A stretch of 63,473 bases of DNA, counting the filler, from an uncultured Methanosarcinales archaeon (GTDB taxonomy: Archaea; Nanobdellota; Nanobdellia; Woesearchaeales; CAXGTL01), in assembly GCA_964535955.1 (NCBI GenBank). It is 7 parts of 6 records of this genome, joined end to end, with 100 filler letters (N's around TTAATTAATTAA, not from the genome) between each part and the next. Parts side by side here need not be neighbours in the genome. Positions count along the whole stretch, not along the records: positions 29,068 to 54,752 come from CAZHVK010000017.1; 6 more parts are not named here. One strand, given 5' to 3'. Under the pieces are notes generated by a model. That model was not told where the DNA came from and ran no database searches. It saw only the letters and a program-made list of their open reading frames with translations. Within the stretch, counting starts at the first letter, position 1. Every line of letters begins with the position of its first letter. The translations under genes were made by a program, and so were the position numbers. Positions 39,744 to 49,287 of the stretch are shown here, in pieces.

Positions 39744-40895
39744 TTAAATCACCCTCCTCAAATTCTTATTTGGTTTATATCCTCTGCCAACTTTGCTATT
39801 ATCTATCCAAACTTTGTTTTCAGAATCAAAATACTGAACAATGTCAGCAGTCGCCATCTTAGGCTTAGCAATTGAACCAGTGCCAATTGCATCAAACATT
39901 GGCCTACCGAATTTCTCTTGATAGATCTTATCTGCTTCAACAAATACAGCTGTTTTGTATTCATTAAAACCTGAAGAAACAAATATGCTAACATCTTCAA
40001 AACCAGCTTTATCTAGTTCTCTTCTTAATGTCCAAACAGAAGTAATTGTTACACCTTTACCAGACCTATATTCTGATTCAGGAACTAATTCACAAACTTC
40101 ATCAATGTATTTTTTAGAATATTGTGTTGTGTTTGAACCGCATGTATCAATTCTCACACCACTTAATCTTCCTTCTAATGCTTGTGCAGTTGCAATTGAA
40201 TCATCAATTTCTTTGTTATATGTATCAATTAAAGCAACTCTTGGAATTTTTGAATCCATATATTTATCAAAACCCAATGTTGCATTTACAGTTGGATTTC
40301 CTTCTATACAAGCTGCATATGATAATATCAATGCATGAGGAATTGTACCAAAACCTTTTTGTCCCCATGGTTCAGCACCTTTGTCTGTTGAAGCTCCATC
40401 AAATCCAGCAATTTTACACATTGCTCCAATATAAGAATCTGCAAACCAATGATAGTGTCTTGCACCAAAATACTTAACAGGTTTATCTTCAGCAGCTTGG
40501 ACAATTGCTTGTGCTTTGTAAAATATTTTTTCAAAATATTGTTGTTCATTGTTTAAATGTCCTTCTAAATCAACTTCTCTTGTCAAACCATGAGATATAA
40601 CACCAAGATAAACTGTTTCTAATTCAATTATATCTTGTATTGGTGCTTCAATAATCATCATTGCATCTTTTGCTTTGTATTCAGAACCTTCTGGTAATGC
40701 ATATAGTTTCATGTTTTCAGTGTTTGCATGATTTTTGATTATTTCAACAGCTTCATCAATCCCTTTTAGATCATCTGTATCTGTTCTTGCAAATACTTGC
40801 ATTCTTACAATTGGGTTGATTCCTTCTTGTTCTAAGATTGTTTTAGCTCTTAGAAAGTATTTGTCTGTGTATTGTTCTGGATTTGTTAGTTTCAT
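39744..40895 (-). CDS. Nicotinate phosphoribosyltransferase (type II PRTase)
   Basis: TDKYF, LETVYLG, FGARH, GTIPHALI, LIDT, GVRIDT, VSSGF. Confidence 0.9.
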   Translation of the reverse strand: MKLTNPEQYTDKYFLRAKTILEQEGINPIVRMQVFARTDTDDLKGIDEAVEIIKNHANTENMKLYALPEGSEYKAKDAMMIIEAPIQDIIELETVYLGVISHGLTREVDLEGHLNNEQQYFEKIFYKAQAIVQAAEDKPVKYFGARHYHWFADSYIGAMCKIAGFDGASTDKGAEPWGQKGFGTIPHALILSYAACIEGNPTVNATLGFDKYMDSKIPRVALIDTYNKEIDDSIATAQALEGRLSGVRIDTCGSNTTQYSKKYIDEVCELVPESEYRSGKGVTITSVWTLRRELDKAGFEDVSIFVSSGFNEYKTAVFVEADKIYQEKFGRPMFDAIGTGSIAKPKMATADIVQYFDSENKVWIDNSKVGRGYKPNKNLRRVI

Positions 40896-40913
40896 TTTGT
40901 TTACCTCCTCACC

Positions 40914-41095
40914 TTATTGTGTTTTTGACACTTACTAAGGTCAAAAAAAAGCCTTTTCACCAATATTAAGCGAAAAGCAGGCATATTTTGTCTCTTTTTA
41001 TAAGCAAAGACAGATAATTTTTATTCATCTTCACTTATTGTAAAGTATACACAAACTACTATTTAAACATTTAGATAGTGTAGAATATACATTTA
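40914..41095. promoter_or_regulatory. Three putative NrtR operators (40914-40934, 41035-41055, 41075-41095) around the operon TATA-like box (~41061-41067)
   Basis: TTATT-GT-N7-AC-ACTTA; TTATT-GT-N7-AC-ACAAA; ATAGT-GT-N7-AC-ATTTA. Confidence 0.7.
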
Positions 41096-41168
41096 TAAAG
41101 GAATTCAAAAAATAAGGAAAAATTGATAGAAAATGAGTGTTTTTTGAATAAAATTTAACAAGAAAAAC

Positions 41169-41221
41169 AAGAACCACTAATCATACCAAAGTTAGTTTGG
41201 AGGTGTGATAAAGTGGTTCTT
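41169..41221 (-). terminator. Long imperfect hairpin downstream of the MBL gene
   Basis: aagaaccact...agtggttctt closing stem. Confidence 0.4.
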
Positions 41222-41246
41222 GATTACTCAATTTTTAAAAATATAG

Positions 41247-42071
41247 TCAAATCTCCAAAACCAAACCTTCATAAGCAGCAATTGTATTTGGAAACAATTT
41301 TTGTGCTTTTACAACTATTTCATCTAATTGTTCATCTGTTCTAGCAGGATCATGATGAAACAAGACAAGTTGTTTAACACCAGCTGCTTTAGCTATTTCA
41401 ACACCTTGTTCATAAGTTGAATGTCCCCACCCTAATTTACCAGGATATTCTTCTGGTGTATATTGTGCATCATAAATCAAGATATCTGCATTTTCTGCAA
41501 TAGCTAACAAATCTCTATCAATACATGAATAATGTTCAGTATCACTTGCATAAACAAAAACACCATCCTTATTCTCAATCCTAAAACTCATTATATTATT
41601 TGGATGATTAAGTTTTCTAGTTGAAATATCATTATCACCTATTGAGAATTTATCAAAATTCCTTACCTCATTAAATGCCATTTTTGCAGGCATATCAATC
41701 AATAAAACAGGAAAATTAGGATACATCTGCTGTTTTTTTAACACATCTTCTAATGTAACATCAACTTTTCTTTCTCCATACAAATGTATTGTGTTTCCAG
41801 GAATATATGCAGGAACAAAAAAAGGAAATCCTTGGATATGATCCCAATGTGTATGACTAAACAAAATATAACCAACACCATTTCCCCCAGGTGCAAAACC
41901 TTTTCCCATCAAATACATACCTGCACTTCTTAACCCAGTACCTCCATCAATGATAATTGTCTTATCACCTCTTGTCTCTAGCATAACACAGCTAGTATTA
42001 CCACCATATTTTACTGTTTTTGGTCCAGGACTTGGTATTGATCCACGGACTCCAAAAAATTTAGCTTTCAT
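41247..42071 (-). CDS. MBL-fold metallo-hydrolase (bacterial-type phosphodiesterase-like)
   Basis: GVRGS.P, YGGNTSC, SHTHWDHIQG, DTEH, WGHS, FHHDP. Confidence 0.92.
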   Translation of the reverse strand: MKAKFFGVRGSIPSPGPKTVKYGGNTSCVMLETRGDKTIIIDGGTGLRSAGMYLMGKGFAPGGNGVGYILFSHTHWDHIQGFPFFVPAYIPGNTIHLYGERKVDVTLEDVLKKQQMYPNFPVLLIDMPAKMAFNEVRNFDKFSIGDNDISTRKLNHPNNIMSFRIENKDGVFVYASDTEHYSCIDRDLLAIAENADILIYDAQYTPEEYPGKLGWGHSTYEQGVEIAKAAGVKQLVLFHHDPARTDEQLDEIVVKAQKLFPNTIAAYEGLVLEI

Positions 42072-42086
42072 TTTTCCACCCCGCAT

Positions 42087-42530
42087 CTATATTATCTCTT
42101 CCAAACTAGGAATCTCTTTTTGTTTAACTGAATTTAAATAAGAATTTTTATGCTGTTCTTTTTTCATATATTGCATAACATCATTTATAACATATTTAAC
42201 AAAATCAGGTCTCCAATCAGGTTTATCAGGATTCCACCCCATAAAACCTCCTCTAAAAACATAATCTGCAAAAAGACCAAATTCCTCAGCACTAATTTCA
42301 TATTTTCCTATTTTAATTATTTGTGTTTCTAAATTCCAGCTTGCTTCATATTCGCCTTTATTAGTGCAAAACTTAACATTATTAACATATCCTTTTGCTA
42401 ATTTTCCAACCACATTACAAAAAACAAGTGTTTGGATATAAAGATCTTCAATTCTTATTTCTTGTGTAAAAGCACTGCAATAACCAGCTTCAACATGGCC
42501 TAAATTTTCTGTTTGTAAAATAAAAGTCAT
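42087..42530 (-). CDS. Hypothetical protein
   Basis: 147-aa ORF with GGTGG RBS. Confidence 0.6.
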   Translation of the reverse strand: MTFILQTENLGHVEAGYCSAFTQEIRIEDLYIQTLVFCNVVGKLAKGYVNNVKFCTNKGEYEASWNLETQIIKIGKYEISAEEFGLFADYVFRGGFMGWNPDKPDWRPDFVKYVINDVMQYMKKEQHKNSYLNSVKQKEIPSLEEII

Positions 42531-42731
42531 TTTCCCACCCCAAATGTATTTTCTAACAATTTATGTATTCTAAATTAGTATATAGTAAAGGTGTTTCATT
42601 AATTTATACAATTAGAGAAAACTGAAAAAACAAAAAGAAAACTGAATAAACTTTTTATTTAATAATTAGTTTTTATATAGAAAATAAAAAATATAGTCTT
42701 TTATGTATTTATTTAGAACAACAACCAAAAC

Positions 42732-43058
42732 TTATCCAATATATCTTCTAAGAACATCAATAACTTGTTTACCAACATAAGCTGGCTCTATTTCAGACAA
42801 ATCAATCACATATTTATTTTTTCGTGCATTAGCTAATTCATTAGATCTGATAAAATACAACTCAGCACTTGAATCATCATCAGACTCATCAAATGCAATT
42901 ATCTCTAAATCAGCCCATACATTTTCATCATCAATATTTCTCCAACAATAAAACATTTTTTTATCATATTTAACCAAAGAATGCAATGTCTTTGTAGCAC
43001 TAATTCTACTATTATCCAGATCATCAAAATATGATTTTTTTAATAATGATTTTATCAT
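42732..43058 (-). CDS. Hypothetical protein
   Basis: 108-aa ORF with GGTGA RBS. Confidence 0.6.
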   Translation of the reverse strand: MIKSLLKKSYFDDLDNSRISATKTLHSLVKYDKKMFYCWRNIDDENVWADLEIIAFDESDDDSSAELYFIRSNELANARKNKYVIDLSEIEPAYVGKQVIDVLRRYIG

Positions 43059-43066
43059 ATTATCAC

Positions 43067-43540
43067 CTAATTCATCACATAAGTTTCAGCTAATTTTTCA
43101 ATATCAATTGCATAAGCAATATATTTTCCTTGATGTCTTACTTTTCTTTCAACCAAACCAACATCACATAATTCATTAAGACCTTTTACAACATTATTAA
43201 GAACAGCTTTTTTAGCTTGTTCAACTAGATTCATAAGACCACCAAGATTGCCATTCTTACTTTGATTACGTGCTGCACTACTTCTACAGATATTAACAGT
43301 AATACTATCTTCTAACCCAGTAACATTAAAAAGTTCATGAGAAGTTCTACTACCTTTTGCTTGATACAAAAGATCTAAAGCACTTAAAGCAAGTGTGCTT
43401 ACATTATACATACAAGTAGAACCATTATAACCTATAGAGATTCTTACTGGTTGTTTTGTTTTTTCACCATAAAAAACTCTCTCAACACCTGTATTAATAT
43501 AGTCATTCAAAGATGTTTTTTCAGATTTATCAACAAACAT
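43067..43540 (-). CDS. Hypothetical protein with possible C-terminal wHTH
   Basis: GGAGG RBS before MFVDK; V.KGLNEL...GLVER...Y pattern. Confidence 0.55.
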   Translation of the reverse strand: MFVDKSEKTSLNDYINTGVERVFYGEKTKQPVRISIGYNGSTCMYNVSTLALSALDLLYQAKGSRTSHELFNVTGLEDSITVNICRSSAARNQSKNGNLGGLMNLVEQAKKAVLNNVVKGLNELCDVGLVERKVRHQGKYIAYAIDIEKLAETYVMN

Positions 43541-43700
43541 ATTTATAATCCTCCTTATAGAAAATATATAGTAAACCTCTTTAATTAATTTATACATTAA
43601 AAGAAGACTGAAATAAGCTTTATTCCACTAAAAAAGATTTTCGCAAGCTGAAAAAAGTTTCTAACAAAGTTTATATAGTAGTTTAACTATAAGGCTATAT

Positions 43701-44993
43701 ATGGTTACAAATACAGAAATAAACAAAATTCTAAAAAAAACAAAAAATTTCCTTATTAAAAGACAGAATAAAGAAGGTTCCTGGACTAGAAAAAGAGAAA
43801 TAGACCACAAAGGACCACAATATTACCTACAACCAGTTGTTTTAACTGCGCAGGCTATAAGGACTTTGTTTTTGGTTGGAAACAAGGAAAACTCAAAAGT
43901 CATTGACAAAGCAATTAATTTTTGTTTTAAGACACAAATAATTGAAAATGAACCAGTTGACATACTTGCATACCATCTTATGGCATTATCATATTCAAAT
44001 ACACCATTATTTATTCAAAAACAAAAACAATTAGTTAATTTAATATTCTCAAAACAATGTCAAAAAGGTTATTGGCCTTCTTTTCCACATACTTCTAATC
44101 TGGTTAATTTTAATACTGTTTTAGGTATAAAAGATTATGCTTGCAAGATTAATTTTCAAAAATTAAGACAATGGTTAAAATCAACAAAAGCAAAAGACAA
44201 TGTTGGCTGGAGTTTGGATGAAACTTATAAAGAATCTGAAATAAGTTTTACATCAAATGTTGTTTTAACATTGATCTACGCTGGGGAAGACCCTTCACAA
44301 CCTTTTCTTCAAGTTGCAAGAACATATTTAGAAAAACAGCAATTAGAAGATGGTGGATGGCCAAGCTCAAGATTAACAATTGCAAATGAATCAACGATTT
44401 ATGGAACAGCAATAACATTATTAGCATTGATGTTTTTATGTGATGATCCATTTAATGAAAAAATAGAAAAAGGAATTAATTTCTTAGTAAAACATCAACT
44501 TAAAGAAGGTTCTTGGTCTTTAAAAAAAAATGGAAAACAAGGACAATATTATACAACATATTATGCAGCAAAAGCATTAAAATATTATCAAATATTAAAA
44601 AAAGAACTTAAGAATGAATTCTACCAAAGATTAAGAGAGAATCTATCATATCCACAATTATTAACAATAATGATTGTAGAGGATTTTGAACAAAAAACAA
44701 AGAATAAATATCTTGATTCTATCTATACAAATCTCATAAATGCAAAACTTCTTGGAACAACAGCACCTGCTATTAAAAGAAGAAAGGAAATACTAAAGAT
44801 ATTAGCTGCAGAAGGTGAAAAAGATACAGCAGAATTGATTGATTCTTTGAAAATAATAAAAGGTTATGAAAAACTAAACAAAAGATATCATTTGGCACAG
44901 ATAAAGAATGATATGGTGCATCTAGAAGCTCTGAAACTTGTTAATGTTAATGAAAGAAGAAGATATTTTGTGGTTAGGAATGTTGTTTCATAA
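43701..44993 (+). CDS. Prenyltransferase/squalene-cyclase-repeat protein with C-terminal wHTH-like domain
   Basis: Repeated L...Q..[DE]G[GS]W motifs; C-terminal RRKEILKIL...T.EL...KNDM..LE.L.LV. Confidence 0.75.
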   Translation: MVTNTEINKILKKTKNFLIKRQNKEGSWTRKREIDHKGPQYYLQPVVLTAQAIRTLFLVGNKENSKVIDKAINFCFKTQIIENEPVDILAYHLMALSYSNTPLFIQKQKQLVNLIFSKQCQKGYWPSFPHTSNLVNFNTVLGIKDYACKINFQKLRQWLKSTKAKDNVGWSLDETYKESEISFTSNVVLTLIYAGEDPSQPFLQVARTYLEKQQLEDGGWPSSRLTIANESTIYGTAITLLALMFLCDDPFNEKIEKGINFLVKHQLKEGSWSLKKNGKQGQYYTTYYAAKALKYYQILKKELKNEFYQRLRENLSYPQLLTIMIVEDFEQKTKNKYLDSIYTNLINAKLLGTTAPAIKRRKEILKILAAEGEKDTAELIDSLKIIKGYEKLNKRYHLAQIKNDMVHLEALKLVNVNERRRYFVVRNVVS

Positions 44994-44994
44994 G

Positions 44995-45112
44995 TTCTGG
45001 TGAAACCCCAGCCAATTGGCCAAGTGAGGCAAAGTCATATTTGTAAAACTGCATTGATACTCTATAAGAGAATACAAAGAATAGAGTAGCCGAACGATGG
45101 GTTTCAGCAGAG
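44995..45112 (+). repeat. Family A element, copy 4 (sequence-divergent, same architecture)
   Basis: tgaaacccca-gccaattggc-caaGTGAggc...ttgtaaaac...tactctat..atagagta-gccGAACga-tgggtttca. Confidence 0.7.
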
Positions 45113-45160
45113 TTGTTTCATAAAAACATTAATAAACACTTGTTCTTTTTCTATTAATAA

Positions 45161-45315
45161 GCACCCGTAGCCTAGTCTGGAAACATAGGTTAGACAAATA
45201 GGGCAACATTAGTATGTGTAATAATACTTACAATTGCAAGCCTCCTAAGCTGTGGGTCGAGAGTTCGAAATCTTGCCGAAACAATCTCGGTGAAAGGAAA
45301 GTCTCTCCGGGTGCG
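45161..45315 (+). tRNA. tRNA-Arg(CCT) with three introns (45181-45197, 45209-45239, 45270-45301)
   Basis: Spliced product GCACCCG..ACAGC-CTCCTAA-GCTGT..GAGAG-TTCGAAT-CTCTC-CGGGTGC-G; BHB-like central helices GTCT/AGAC, GCAA/TTGC, TTCG/GGAA. Confidence 0.88.
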
Positions 45316-45345
45316 CTTTATATTCAAAACAAGAGGTGAACAAAC

Positions 45346-46017
45346 ATGATAAAAGTAATATCATTAGGTGGATCAATTATAGCTCCTGACAATATAGATG
45401 TAAAATTCTTAAAAAAGTTTAGAAAATTAATCCTTGCCTATATTAAGAAAGGCAATAAGGTTATAATTGTTACAGGCGGTGGCAAAACATGCAGAAATTA
45501 TCAAAATGCAGCAAGAAAAGTAACAAAGATAAGTGATTATGATTTAGACTGGGTTGGAACAATAGCAACAAGATTAAATGGAGAATTGGTTAGAGCAATA
45601 TTTTCTAAATATGCATATAAACAAGTCTTACCAAACCTAAAAAAAGTAAAAACAAACAAACCAATAATAGTCGGAGCAGGAGTTGAACCAGGACATTCAA
45701 GTGATTATGACACAGCAGTTCTTGCAAAACTGTACAAAGCAACAGAAATCATCAACTTATCAAATGTATATTATGTTTATGACAAAGATCCTAGAAAATA
45801 TAAAAATGCAAAAAAACTGCCAAGACTTAGTTGGAAACAGTTTTTTAACTTATTTGTAAAAGGTTTTAAACCAGGAATGCATATTCCATTTGACCAAAAA
45901 GCTAGTAAATTAGCACAAAAACATAAAATAAAAGTCGTAGTCACAAAAGGCACTGATTTAGGTAATCTTAAGAAAATACTTTATGATAAAAAGTTCAAAG
46001 GAACATTGATAGGGTGA
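45346..46017 (+). CDS. pyrH: Uridylate kinase
   Basis: SLGGS, VTGGG...R.YQ, GHSSDYD, VYDKDP, PFD. Confidence 0.95.
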   Translation: MIKVISLGGSIIAPDNIDVKFLKKFRKLILAYIKKGNKVIIVTGGGKTCRNYQNAARKVTKISDYDLDWVGTIATRLNGELVRAIFSKYAYKQVLPNLKKVKTNKPIIVGAGVEPGHSSDYDTAVLAKLYKATEIINLSNVYYVYDKDPRKYKNAKKLPRLSWKQFFNLFVKGFKPGMHIPFDQKASKLAQKHKIKVVVTKGTDLGNLKKILYDKKFKGTLIG

Positions 46018-46021
46018 TAAT

Positions 46022-46414
46022 ATGATAAACTGGAAAAAAGAAATTGCAAGAGACATATTAGCATTAGGCAGTATTCCATTCTACCTAATCGTCATAATCA
46101 GAGCAATCGTTGGAAAATATAAACCATTTGTCTATCAAATGGTGATTGCATTAATAATAATCACAATTCTAGCATATTTGTTCAAGAAAACAGATCAATA
46201 TGTTGCAAGAGCAATTCCAATCGTATTCTTCAGCTCTATATTCTACAAAGAACCTTTATACACATACTTTGCAACAATCATGTTAGTTGCATTGATAATA
46301 AGTTCATCTTATTTATTAAAATCAAAACTAAGAATACAGACAATTGTAAAAGGAATTGTGTTTGGTATAATCAGCACAGCACTGGCTTATTATTTAGTGC
46401 CTTTGTTAGTATAG
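46022..46414 (+). CDS. Small integral membrane protein
   Basis: Several hydrophobic segments; co-oriented with pyrH. Confidence 0.75.
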   Translation: MINWKKEIARDILALGSIPFYLIVIIRAIVGKYKPFVYQMVIALIIITILAYLFKKTDQYVARAIPIVFFSSIFYKEPLYTYFATIMLVALIISSSYLLKSKLRIQTIVKGIVFGIISTALAYYLVPLLV

Positions 46415-47023
46415 TTTAGGAATCTTACTCCCTTGAAACTTCACCAACTCATCAACAGAATTAACTCCCTTCTCTTTCAACTTATTCAAAAAATTAACAA
46501 AGATCTTTGCAGTAATTAAAGCATCTGACATTGCCCTATGTTCTGTTGTTTCTGAGATACCTAAATGATTTGAGACACAGGATAATCTTTTGCTTGGTAG
46601 TTCTGGTAAAAGTCTTCTTGCTAATCTACATGTACATAATTTATCATTAAGCATTGTATGATCATGATGTAATTGTGCATTATGATTAAGAAAATTATAA
46701 TCAAAAGTTGCATAATGTCCTATAAAACATCTTTCTCCTAAGAAGTTTAAAAATCTAGGTAAAACTTCATACACTTTAGATGCATTCTTAACCATATCAT
46801 TTGTTATTCCTGTTATTTTTGTTATGAATCTAGGTATTCTTTGTTCTGGGTCAACTAATGTTTCAAATCTATCTATAATTTTGTTATTTCTTATTTTTAA
46901 TGCACCTATTTCAGTAATCTTAGAAGTATAACGTGACAAACCAGTTGTTTCTATATCAACTACAACAAATTCCTGGTTATCAACATGATTCTGTGTACTA
47001 AATCTATCATCCCTTTTAAACAT
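46406..47023 (-). CDS. DEDDh 3'-5' exonuclease (DnaQ/PolC-like)
   Basis: DIETTG, GH.ATFD, HRAMSDA. Confidence 0.93.
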   Translation of the reverse strand: MFKRDDRFSTQNHVDNQEFVVVDIETTGLSRYTSKITEIGALKIRNNKIIDRFETLVDPEQRIPRFITKITGITNDMVKNASKVYEVLPRFLNFLGERCFIGHYATFDYNFLNHNAQLHHDHTMLNDKLCTCRLARRLLPELPSKRLSCVSNHLGISETTEHRAMSDALITAKIFVNFLNKLKEKGVNSVDELVKFQGSKIPKLY

Positions 47024-47077
47024 AATATCAATAAGGAGGTAGAAAGTTATTTATATATATTACCCTTATCAAACATA

Positions 47078-48160
47078 ATGCTCACAACCATGCACTTAAA
47101 AGAAGCACTACGTTTTGCAAAGAATTCATTCAAAAAACAAACAAAATTCAATGGAAATGCAAAACAAATCTGCAAACAAATTACAAAACAATGCTGGAAC
47201 AATACTTATTTCCAGACATCATTAAACAATTATCCAGGATTTTATAACAGAGACTTTGGAATATGCTGCAAAGCTCTTATCAAATTAGGTTACAAAGATG
47301 AAGTTCTAAAGACATTGATTTATGCATTAGAAATATTTAGAAAAAATGATAAGGTTTCAACTAATATTACAAAAGAGAATATACTAATTGATTGTTTTTC
47401 ACACACACCAGAATCACTAAGCTTTATGCTGAACAACTTAACATTACTAAACAATAAACAATTAATAAATGAATACCAAGATTTCTTAGAACAACAAGCA
47501 CAATACATATTTGACAATGACTTTGATACCAAACTTGGTCTATTAAGAAAAGATAAAACATTTAGTAAGATGAAAGATAACATTATAACACAAAGTTCCT
47601 GTTATAATAATTGTATGTTAGCAATGTTAAGCAATAATTTAAACAAACTAAAGCTTAACAATCCTTTCAAAAACCATGATCTAAAGAAAGTAATCAAAAA
47701 ACATTTCTGGAAAAATGGATTCATAGATGATCTGAGCAATGACGCAACATATACAGGAGATGCAAACACATTTCCATACTGGACAAATGTTTTTGATAAT
47801 AAGAAAATGTTCAAAACATCTTTAGACAAAATCAAAGAATTAGGCTTAGACCAACCATTCCCATTAAAATACACAAACACAAGAAACAAACAAAAAGAAC
47901 TAAAACCAATGCGATACTTTATTCCAGGCTGGCAATCAAACACAATCTGGTGCCACTTAGGCATGTGTTTTCTTGATATTGTAAAAAAATATGATAAGAA
48001 ATTATTAAAACAGTATCTAGACCAGTACAAAGCAGTCATTGAGACAAACCAAAACTTCTTAGAAGTCTTTAACTCAGATGGAACACCCTACAATAAACTA
48101 TTCTATAAATCAGATTCAGGTATGTTGTGGGCTTGTAAATATATGAATTTAATAAATTAA
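47078..48160 (+). CDS. Six-hairpin glycosidase-like protein
   Basis: F..RDFG, YNN.M..M, PFPLKY, EVF..DG.PY...MLWA; start approximate. Confidence 0.6.
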   Translation: MLTTMHLKEALRFAKNSFKKQTKFNGNAKQICKQITKQCWNNTYFQTSLNNYPGFYNRDFGICCKALIKLGYKDEVLKTLIYALEIFRKNDKVSTNITKENILIDCFSHTPESLSFMLNNLTLLNNKQLINEYQDFLEQQAQYIFDNDFDTKLGLLRKDKTFSKMKDNIITQSSCYNNCMLAMLSNNLNKLKLNNPFKNHDLKKVIKKHFWKNGFIDDLSNDATYTGDANTFPYWTNVFDNKKMFKTSLDKIKELGLDQPFPLKYTNTRNKQKELKPMRYFIPGWQSNTIWCHLGMCFLDIVKKYDKKLLKQYLDQYKAVIETNQNFLEVFNSDGTPYNKLFYKSDSGMLWACKYMNLIN

Positions 48161-48504
48161 AACCCATACTCTTTATTATAAAGCCCTACAACAGTATACA
48201 GGTTATTCTTTGCAATAAGTGTTGCTTCACTAGGTGGTTGAAAATCAACAACCTTGTATTTGCCGTCTTTCATAACAGTCCTAAGTCCATAATAATAGTG
48301 TCCAGATCTAAGAATTTCATCAGGATCATCACAATCAAAAAAACCCAAGATCTCACCACTCTGAAGATCAAGCATAAAATTAGCCCATCTACAAGGAAGT
48401 CCTTCCCATTTTCTATGAGACTTCTTTTCCTTAAGATGAGACCACATCTTTCCATCACCATAACCTACCATCTTTTCAAGGCTTTTGTCTAAAATTGATT
48501 TCAT
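48157..48504 (-). CDS. Hypothetical protein
   Basis: 115-aa ORF with TATA-like box ~25 nt upstream. Confidence 0.55.
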   Translation of the reverse strand: MKSILDKSLEKMVGYGDGKMWSHLKEKKSHRKWEGLPCRWANFMLDLQSGEILGFFDCDDPDEILRSGHYYYGLRTVMKDGKYKVVDFQPPSEATLIAKNNLYTVVGLYNKEYGF

Positions 48505-48618
48505 AATTAAGCAGTAATTCTATCCTATTTATAAAGTTTTATCTTGTAGAATGTATAAACAAACTAAATAAATATAATAACATTTATATATAATTACATC
48601 TAAAACATATATAAGAGG

Positions 48619-49269
48619 ATGGTAGAACACAAACTTAAAAAAATAGGTGAAATCCTAGATCATATTGAAACCAAGAATATTGGTAAATTAAAACATTTTA
48701 GTTCTGAATTAGACAAAAAACATAAATTATTAGATAAAAAACATGAAAAACTAATGCAAAAACATAAACATTTATCAAAAAGAGATGGTGGCATAAAACA
48801 AAGACATTCTAATCTTAAATTAAAAGAAAAAGAATACAAAAAGGTTCTTAATCTAAAAAAAGGCTTAGATAGAAAAAGCAAAAAATTAGCACAATTACAC
48901 AAAGATATCAAAGATAAGAGAGCAAATCTTAAAGATAGGATATTTCAAGAAAAAATAAAAATAGAACAACGTTATCTTGAAAAAGAAAACCAGTTAAATC
49001 AGTTTATGCAGAAATTAGAAGACAAAGACAAACAATTAAACAAAGAAATAATCAACTTAGAGTGTGATAAGATTAAGTTAATGCAGTCTTTAAGTAAAAA
49101 AAAGAAAAAACAAAAACTCATTCCAGCAAGTGCAGTTGATCTATGGCCTATGCATATAGGTATTGGTCTTCAACAAAAAGAATCAGAACAACATAAACAA
49201 ATTCTCAAAGATCTTCCAAACATTGAATTCATCAGAGAGATGAAAAAGCATAATGTAAAGATTATTTAG
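48619..49269 (+). CDS. Lys-rich coiled-coil hypothetical protein
   Basis: 216-aa helical low-complexity ORF. Confidence 0.65.
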   Translation: MVEHKLKKIGEILDHIETKNIGKLKHFSSELDKKHKLLDKKHEKLMQKHKHLSKRDGGIKQRHSNLKLKEKEYKKVLNLKKGLDRKSKKLAQLHKDIKDKRANLKDRIFQEKIKIEQRYLEKENQLNQFMQKLEDKDKQLNKEIINLECDKIKLMQSLSKKKKKQKLIPASAVDLWPMHIGIGLQQKESEQHKQILKDLPNIEFIREMKKHNVKII

Positions 49270-49287
49270 AAATATAAAATTTTAATT

